Source: Oscillospiraceae bacterium (GTDB lineage: Bacteria; Bacillota; Clostridia; Oscillospirales; Acutalibacteraceae). From it: 64,000 bases of DNA. The translations under genes were made by a program, and so were the position numbers. The notes below the pieces were generated by a model. It did no database searches, was not told the DNA's origin, and saw nothing but the letters and a program-made list of their open reading frames with translations. The DNA is taken from assembly GCA_022650455.1 (NCBI GenBank), contig JALCPO010000002.1, forward strand, positions 5,073-69,072. The letters are read 5' to 3'. This document shows positions 57,880-64,000 of the stretch, in pieces. The stretch's first letter is position 1; each line of letters opens with the position of its first letter.

Positions 57880-59118
57880 TCAGCCGGTTCGTTTTTTCGC
57901 ATCGGAAGAGAACATTTTCTGCAGCGTAACCGGGTCGGCAATGCCGGTCGCCGGCAGCCCGTTCAAAAGCTGAAAGTCCTTCACGCTTTGCTCGGTTCCT
58001 TCCGCAAACAGCCCGGAAGGCTTCACAAACATATAGCCAAGTTCCAGCAGCCGGTTCTGCATTTTCAGGATGTCGTCGCTCTGCATGCCGGGCTTCAATG
58101 TCTGGTTGAGGTTCAGACTGTTGGAAGAAACGGCGGAAGACGCGCTGGAAGACGAGGGTGATGAAGAAGCGGGAGAGGATGCGGCTGAGGACGGGGATGA
58201 CGGAGCGGCCGAGGAAGCCGTTCCCTGCAGCAGCTGCGGATATGCGGTGCCGGCCATAAAGCTGACCGCTTCCACCATTTCCTCGCCCTGCAGCTTCATC
58301 TTGTTCGGATCCATCTCGTAGATTTTATTTTTCTTGACGGCGGAAAGCTGTTTCAGCGTTTCGGAAGCCAGAATTTTGGCCTTTACGCCTTTGGCGCAGA
58401 AAATATAATCGGGGTTCGCAAGCTGTAGGTCGCGGACGGCGTATTTGCCCTTCGTCGCGCCAGCCGCCACATTCTGAAGGCCTGCCGCTTTAACGAGGCT
58501 GCCCGCCACGGTGTCGCCCGTCGCGGCGTTCCCGTCTGTGTCGTACAGGTAGACGGCGGTTACCGGCGTGTTGCTCGACGGGATGGCGCGGGTAATGTCG
58601 TCGATGGTTTCAAAAATGCCCGCCGCGATTTTTTTCCCTTTCTCGTACCCGGTCACAGCGCCTTTCAGCGCCGCGCCGACCGCGGAGTACAGCCGCGGAA
58701 AATCCGCGCGGTCCGCCGCCGGCGAAATGACGAGCACAGTGATCCCGGCTTTGTCCATGGCGGATTGCTGCGCTTGAGTCAGGGCGGTGTCGGAAAGAAC
58801 CAAGTTCGCGCCGCAGCCCTTGATTTTGTCGGCGTCGTCCGCGGTCACGTCCGGCAGCGCGGCGAGATCGCTCTGGGTGCAGCCGGTGCTTTTTGCTTTC
58901 AGCTTGATTTCATACCCGAGCGCAAGCACCACATCCGCAAGGTTCGGCGAGAGGACCGCCACGCCCGTGGGTTCATTCGAAATGGTCACCTTCTCGACGG
59001 TAGCCGGGAAGTCTTTGGCCCCGACCCCGGACGAAATATCATTTTTGGGCCCGCATCCGATCAAAAACGAAAAAACGAAAACAGCACATAAAAGTGCCGC
59101 CGTATATTTTTTCAGCAT
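57880..59118 (-). CDS. BtuF/siderophore-type ABC substrate-binding lipoprotein fused to a C-terminal peptidoglycan-binding domain
   Basis: Lipobox LIGC; VAVLSPNLADVVLALG, NPDYIF, AVKKNKIY; Ser-rich linker; LKPGMQSDDILKMQNRLLELGY...VKDFQLLNGLPATGIAD. Confidence 0.75.
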   Translation of the reverse strand: MLKKYTAALLCAVFVFSFLIGCGPKNDISSGVGAKDFPATVEKVTISNEPTGVAVLSPNLADVVLALGYEIKLKAKSTGCTQSDLAALPDVTADDADKIKGCGANLVLSDTALTQAQQSAMDKAGITVLVISPAADRADFPRLYSAVGAALKGAVTGYEKGKKIAAGIFETIDDITRAIPSSNTPVTAVYLYDTDGNAATGDTVAGSLVKAAGLQNVAAGATKGKYAVRDLQLANPDYIFCAKGVKAKILASETLKQLSAVKKNKIYEMDPNKMKLQGEEMVEAVSFMAGTAYPQLLQGTASSAAPSSPSSAASSPASSSPSSSSASSAVSSNSLNLNQTLKPGMQSDDILKMQNRLLELGYMFVKPSGLFAEGTEQSVKDFQLLNGLPATGIADPVTLQKMFSSDAKKRTG

Positions 59119-59137
59119 GCTTTTCTCCTTTCAGCCG

Positions 59138-60391
59138 TCACACGGTGCCGGATGGCCCGCTTTTCAGGCGGGCCTCCACGGAACGGATATATTGCTTTGC
59201 GCAGCGCGGAGATCTTCCGCCGCGCGCAATCGCCCACTTTTCCGCGCCGTCTTCCAGCGCTTCGGGGTCGGCCGCAAGGCCGCGCTGTTCCGCCAGCCGG
59301 CGGACGATCTGCAGGTACTGCGCCTTGTCCGGCAGGGTGAAGTTGATGGCCAGCCCGAACCGGTCGGCAAGCGACAGGCTTTCCTGAATGGAATCCCCGC
59401 GGTGGATCTCGTCGCCCTCGCGCTCGGAGAACGTTTCACGTACCAGATGCCTTCGGTTGGAAGTGGCGTAAATCAGCGTGTTTTCCGGACGGACGGCAAG
59501 CCCGCCTTCCAGAACCGCTTTCAGCGAAGCGTAGGTGTCGTCTTCCCGGTTGAACGACAGGTCGTCGATGAAAATGATGAATTTCATGGGCAGGGAAGCG
59601 ATCCGGTCGACCAGAAGCGGAAAGTCGGAGAGGGATTCCTTGGGAATTTCGATCATGCGCAGACCTTCCGGATAGTATTCGTTGAGCAATGCCTTGACGG
59701 TCGAGGACTTTCCGGTCCCGCGGTCGCCGTAAAGCAGACAGTTGTTGGCGGGGAGCCCCCGCAGAAAAGCCGCCGTGTTGTCGATCGCCAGGCTCCTCTG
59801 GAGCCCATAGCCTTTCAGCTCCGTCAGCCGGACCGGGTCCGGGTGGACGACCGGACGGACCCTTCCGTTTCTCCAGATAAAGGCGCGGTACCGGCAGCAG
59901 GCTCCGCATCCGTTCCTGCGGTAGAACTCCGCCAGATTCCGAACCCGGCCGGCCGGGTCGCCGGACAGTTCCGGAACCGGTTCCCCGGTTTTCCATTCCG
60001 GCAGGCGGAGCGCCCGCAGCTCTCCGGAAAAACCGGAATTCTCCAGAATCTCTTTCGGCGTCAGGGACGACACGCGGTGGAGAATTTCGAGGTCCCGGGA
60101 CACGGCGTCGAACAAGCCCGGTGCAAACTCCGTTTTTCCGGCCGCTGCGGCCCGGGAAAAGGCATTTTCATCGAACAATACCGGCTCCGTCAGACAGCGG
60201 GACAGATTTTCGCATCCGCCCTCCTCGCTCAAGGCGGCGAAGAACGAACCCCATGCATTTAAAAATTCCCGTTCCGTGCCGTCCGCCGACCAGAGCAGCC
60301 GGCAGAATGCTTTCGGAACCGTCCGGTTCAGAACTCCGCGAAAAACAGACAGGGAAACCATTTCCATGGCCGCCCGTTTTATTTGATTCAT
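59138..60391 (-). CDS. DUF815-family AAA+ ATPase
   Basis: LLYGDRGTGKSSTVKA, FIDDLSF, IYATSNRRHL, SLADRFGL. Confidence 0.9.
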   Translation of the reverse strand: MNQIKRAAMEMVSLSVFRGVLNRTVPKAFCRLLWSADGTEREFLNAWGSFFAALSEEGGCENLSRCLTEPVLFDENAFSRAAAAGKTEFAPGLFDAVSRDLEILHRVSSLTPKEILENSGFSGELRALRLPEWKTGEPVPELSGDPAGRVRNLAEFYRRNGCGACCRYRAFIWRNGRVRPVVHPDPVRLTELKGYGLQRSLAIDNTAAFLRGLPANNCLLYGDRGTGKSSTVKALLNEYYPEGLRMIEIPKESLSDFPLLVDRIASLPMKFIIFIDDLSFNREDDTYASLKAVLEGGLAVRPENTLIYATSNRRHLVRETFSEREGDEIHRGDSIQESLSLADRFGLAINFTLPDKAQYLQIVRRLAEQRGLAADPEALEDGAEKWAIARGGRSPRCAKQYIRSVEARLKSGPSGTV

Positions 60392-60576
60392 CTGGGTTCT
60401 CCTTTAAGGTTTCAGATTGGAAAATTTCCGCAGATTGGCTCGAATTTATTTGGATTTTGTCGTATTATATTGTTATATTTTACGCTGTTATGGGGTGCCG
60501 TGTCAAGCCGGGGCCGGGATTCCGCTTGCGGAATGATCTGGAATTTGCTAAGATAGGTTAGGAAAAGAGGTACGAC

Positions 60577-61398
60577 ATGAAATTTCTGAAACGATTTTCC
60601 GCCCTGGCGGCGGTCGCCGCCCTGTGCCTGCTCACGTCCTGCAGCGGACAGGCCGACGCGGGAATGCTGGTGCGCGAGGCGAAGGCGAACGCCGAATCCA
60701 TGAAAAGCTGCAGCGCGGACATCAGCAATACGCTGTCGTTTACAGCCGACGGAAAACAGCACACCTTCCGGTCCACGAGCCATGTGGTCTATACGGCGAA
60801 TCCTTTTGCCGTTAAATCCGTGCTCTCCGCGGACAACGACGGCACCGCCGACAACAGCGAAACCTACACGCTGTCGGAAGACGGCGGGCTGAGCTTTTAC
60901 TGCAGGACCGCTTCCGGGTGGCAGAAGACCGGCGCCGAAGACATGGATACGTCGCCGTTCGCGCAGGTGGATGTCCTGAACCTGCTGGACAATGTGGCGG
61001 ATCAGAAATACGCCCGCGAAACGACCGTCGGTTCGCAGAAAGTGCATAAAATCGAGCTGCAGATGAAGAGCGAGGTTCTCCGCAGCACGATCGAAAATGT
61101 GGTGACGGCTTCGGGTATGGGCGGCGGTTCCACCACGATTGTGCAGACTCTGCTGGACAGCGCCCCGGCGGTTTACGGATATTGTTATATCGGTGTGGAC
61201 AGCGGAAAGCTGGTGCGGCTGGAGCTGGATGAAACGGAAGTCGTGAACCGGATCTTTCAGAATATCGACGAAAGCCCGGTCGAGATCAAGGTTTCGGACT
61301 GCCGCATATCGGGTAATCTTTCAAAGATCGACAGCGCGCCGCCGGTTGTTTTGCCCAACGCCGCGAAAAGCGCTTCGTCCGTGCAGGCGCAGGGGTGA
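60577..61398 (+). CDS. Lipoprotein (DUF6612/LppX-LolA-like fold, inferred)
   Basis: Lipobox LTSC, beta-rich body, AGAGG RBS. Confidence 0.65.
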   Translation: MKFLKRFSALAAVAALCLLTSCSGQADAGMLVREAKANAESMKSCSADISNTLSFTADGKQHTFRSTSHVVYTANPFAVKSVLSADNDGTADNSETYTLSEDGGLSFYCRTASGWQKTGAEDMDTSPFAQVDVLNLLDNVADQKYARETTVGSQKVHKIELQMKSEVLRSTIENVVTASGMGGGSTTIVQTLLDSAPAVYGYCYIGVDSGKLVRLELDETEVVNRIFQNIDESPVEIKVSDCRISGNLSKIDSAPPVVLPNAAKSASSVQAQG

Positions 61399-61545
61399 CA
61401 ATTTGACGGAAAAGGCCGGGAACCCTTGACTTTTCGGGTCCTTCCCGGTACAATATTAAAGTACGTCGGCGAAACGGCCCGTCTGTCCGGCTGGCTGGAA
61501 AAACAGACTGACGGTGCTTCGCCGCGGCAGAAAAATAAAAAAGTT

Positions 61546-61634
61546 GGAGAGGTATCGAAGCGGTCATAACGGGGCTGACTCGAAATCAGTTTGAGAGCAA
61601 TCTCACGCGGGTTCGAATCCCGCCCTCTCCGCCA
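61546..61634 (+). tRNA. tRNA-Ser(CGA)
   Basis: GGAGAGG acceptor, anticodon arm GCTGA-CTCGAAA-TCAGT, long variable arm, GGTTCGAATCC, CCA end; TTGACT-17-TACAAT at 61426-61454. Confidence 0.95.
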
Positions 61635-61643
61635 CAAAAATGC

Positions 61644-61687
61644 AAGCAAAGAGATCTGAACCCTCTTCGGTTCAGATCTCTTTGCTT
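61644..61687 (+). terminator. 19-bp perfect hairpin downstream of tRNA-Ser
   Basis: AAGCAAAGAGATCTGAACC-CTCTTC-GGTTCAGATCTCTTTGCTT. Confidence 0.75.
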
Positions 61688-61821
61688 CACGGTATAAAAA
61701 TGATATAATTTCCATTGAGAATACGGGGAGCCAGTTCCATTTGCAGGACGGTCTTCATTGGCATATTGTTTTGTGATATTACGGAGTGACAGTGGCGGAA
61801 TTTCAAGGCAGGTGAACAGCG

Positions 61822-63321
61822 ATGGGCACACAAAGCATATACAGCACAATTCGTGAGGCCATGAATAATGAGGGTCGACTTCCGTGCGACTTCGAGCTTC
61901 CACACGAGGAAGCCGCGCCCAGCGAAATCAAGTTTATGGTGGGCGCAAAAGACGGAATTGGCGTATTTCACATGTCTCCGAAAAATCCGGAAAAAGTTGT
62001 CGAGAAGATACTGGGTTTCATCAAGTCCGGCAGGATGGAGAAGATCGCGCCGATTATCGGCACATATGGCTTCCTTCAGCTTATCGACCCTATGCTGTCA
62101 GCAATTCGGGAAAACGCGACCGAAGTTGATTCAGCCCGTGTCGGCGCATATGCCGAATCGCTTGCCTTTGAAAGCGGCGACGAGGAACTGGTGAAATTGG
62201 GCATCGCTCTGCTCGGACTGTTTGACTGGAGCGATTCGCCTGAAATGCAGGATAAAATAATCACGCTCGGGCTGTATGAAGAGTTCACACTTTATGCTGT
62301 CGCCGCTGCCGCCGACTGGAATAATGGAAACGACGTGATCTTCAAAATTGCCAAAAAAGTAGACGGCTGGGGCAAAATACACGCCGTAGAAAGGCTTGAA
62401 CCCGAGACGGATGAAATCCGCGAGTGGATTCTGCGCGACGGCTGTTCAAATGCGGTCATGGACGCGTACCTCGGATTGGAATGCGCAAACAAAGGCAATT
62501 TGATTGGAGCGCTGCGCCGGGATGTCTTGGATGCCGGCCTTTTTGAAAGCATCGGCATTATCATTGACGCTTTACTGGACGAGGGACCCGTGGAGGGAAT
62601 AAGCGCGTATGAACACGCCGAGGAAGCGTTGCTGCGGTATCTGCAATTCGCGGAAACGTACGCTGTCTCGCTAAAGCATCTTTGGCGCGTTCTGAATGTG
62701 AGGCTGTTTCTCGATAGCGCTGAATTATCCAACAAAGAGGAACTGTTGCGGTTGTGCGCAGAAATAAGCGGAAGGCCCGATTGGCGGGAGCAAATCATGT
62801 CGACGCTGAGCGACCCGGACAACGAAGACTTCTTTTATGCGGATAACGCGGCAAGCCGTTTGAATATTGATGTGACAGATTTAATCTATCAGGCAATCAA
62901 GAAAGACCCCATTAAGAACGGCGGTTATATGTCGCAGGCGTTTCACAATGCCGATTATGCGAGAAAACTGACCGCACTGTATGAAAAGGTTCTGCCGCTC
63001 GATCAAATGGCGGCGGGCATGGGAGAATATCTGTTTTCACCCTCTTTGAACCAAGAATGTAACTGTCTTGATTCGATTTTACAGGAACTCAGGGCCTATC
63101 CGCTGATGGGCGAGAAATTGGTACGGGCGGGGCTGCAGTCGCCTGTGACAAGAAACCGCAACTTTGCTTGCAGTGTGTTGGAAGAATGGAGCAAAACACT
63201 CGGCCGGTCGGCGGCATTGTTTTCACCGGATTTGTATGCGGTGCTGAGGAGCGTCGCTGCTGTCGAGGTCAATGCCGACACCCAAAAGACGATGACGAGT
63301 TTAATCAAATGGGTTAAATAG
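61822..63321 (+). CDS. Hypothetical all-alpha protein (499 aa), function unknown
   Basis: Long ORF with AGGTGA RBS; WGKIHAVERL, WILRDGC.N.VM..YL motifs; codon usage differs from core genes. Confidence 0.8.
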   Translation: MGTQSIYSTIREAMNNEGRLPCDFELPHEEAAPSEIKFMVGAKDGIGVFHMSPKNPEKVVEKILGFIKSGRMEKIAPIIGTYGFLQLIDPMLSAIRENATEVDSARVGAYAESLAFESGDEELVKLGIALLGLFDWSDSPEMQDKIITLGLYEEFTLYAVAAAADWNNGNDVIFKIAKKVDGWGKIHAVERLEPETDEIREWILRDGCSNAVMDAYLGLECANKGNLIGALRRDVLDAGLFESIGIIIDALLDEGPVEGISAYEHAEEALLRYLQFAETYAVSLKHLWRVLNVRLFLDSAELSNKEELLRLCAEISGRPDWREQIMSTLSDPDNEDFFYADNAASRLNIDVTDLIYQAIKKDPIKNGGYMSQAFHNADYARKLTALYEKVLPLDQMAAGMGEYLFSPSLNQECNCLDSILQELRAYPLMGEKLVRAGLQSPVTRNRNFACSVLEEWSKTLGRSAALFSPDLYAVLRSVAAVEVNADTQKTMTSLIKWVK

Positions 63322-63336
63322 GACAAGAGGGCCGAG

Positions 63337-63615
63337 ATGGAAAGCAGAAGCAAGATGGTCGTTCTGCCCTGCGACTGTAAGTGATGTATGTTTGTGGCCG
63401 AAAAGACGAAGTGGGAAGACGGAGACATCAGTTACAGCCTATCCATCCAAGATTCGCGTTACGACCATAATTACAACACGGTATGGGGCAGGATCAAACA
63501 CGCCGCCGCCCCGCTGTTCGGCAAGCCGGTTTACTTCAACGATGTCTACATCGACGACGAGGGAAAATTCAAAAAACTTGTCGGTGACCTATCTGAACTG
63601 ATAACTGACGATTGA
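63337..63615 (+). pseudogene. 92-codon ORF interrupted by an in-frame TGA within a Cys cluster
   Basis: MESRSKMVVLPCDCK[TGA 63382]CMFVAEKTKWEDGD...; AAGAGG RBS before 63337. Confidence 0.55.
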
Positions 63616-63634
63616 AATCCGAAAGGAGCGTCCT

Positions 63635-64000
63635 ATGCCATACATCCCAAAGGCACACGAAAAGTATAACCTGCTCCCTTTTTGCCGGGAAAATGGCGGA
63701 GAGGTCTTCAGCTATTCCAGTGAAATGGAGGACCAAATCCGGGGAATGCTCCCAGAAGGCGAATCCGTCATCCCGTATGGCTATGACAACTACGAAGCGT
63801 TTTATGCCCGGCTCGACAAATATGTTTCCTTGTATGGGACTGCCGGAGGCAGGCTAAGTGAGCTTGGAAAGAAGATTCTTGAGTACAAGGACGACATCAA
63901 GAAGCGCAATATAAAAGAAAATTGGTCTGTCGTCAAATATGTGGGGAAATCAACTGGCGGGCCCGCTGGCTTCACCCATGGCAGATACTACTACTGGCCT
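63635..64000 (+). CDS. Hypothetical protein, N-terminal part (runs off window)
   Basis: Own translation MPYIPKAHEKYNLLPFCRENGGEVF...KENWSVVKYVG...GRYYYWP, open to 64000; AAAGGAG RBS. Confidence 0.75.
   Translation, partial: MPYIPKAHEKYNLLPFCRENGGEVFSYSSEMEDQIRGMLPEGESVIPYGYDNYEAFYARLDKYVSLYGTAGGRLSELGKKILEYKDDIKKRNIKENWSVVKYVGKSTGGPAGFTHGRYYYWP

Noticed and set aside
58130-58220. Repetitive low-complexity stretch
   Set aside because: Encodes the Ser/Pro/Ala linker of the SBP fusion; not a CRISPR or tandem array
1-64000. CRISPR array, rRNA, intact integrase, prophage or recognised defence system
   Set aside because: No regularly spaced direct repeats, rRNA signatures, recombinase motifs or phage structural genes were seen

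Overview
Chromosomal segment of a GC-rich, spore-forming Firmicute. An Oscillospiraceae / Caproicibacter-Caproiciproducens-like host is inferred from gene content and style, not from a search. About 1-41.3 kb is core housekeeping: rlmB, an Ogg-like glycosylase, fba, an atypical EF-G paralog, msmX, mreB-maf-dut-U32-zapA, glgP plus a GH13, glyQS, manA, a YmfI-like SDR, an NCS2 permease, pckG, an in-frame rimI-tsaD fusion, a GT-C glycosyltransferase, rlmA, polA, dusB, a phosphomannomutase and spoVAC/VAD. From about 41.5 kb the window turns accessory. It holds a decayed IS3-family remnant, then a zinc-uptake cluster (Fur/Zur regulator, YibE/F, COG0523 chaperone, znuABC) with a visible repeated operator. 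Next come a ferritin-like/VIT1 gene behind a terminator-containing structured leader, a LysM-GH18 spore enzyme, two internally deleted gene relics and a MarR-hydrolase pair. A complete arsR-(small Cys-rich ORF)-acr3-arsD-arsA-arsC operon ends at the 3' end of tRNA-Arg(CCT). A 3.8-kb core block follows, then tRNA-Ser(CGA), whose 3' end opens a second cassette of hypothetical genes running off the window. No CRISPR array, rRNA or intact integrase/transposase was seen. Best leads: the riboswitch-like leader at 49.1-49.4 kb, the small Cys-rich ORF in the ars operon, the hairpin-linked RimI-TsaD fusion and the degenerate-GTPase EF-G paralog.
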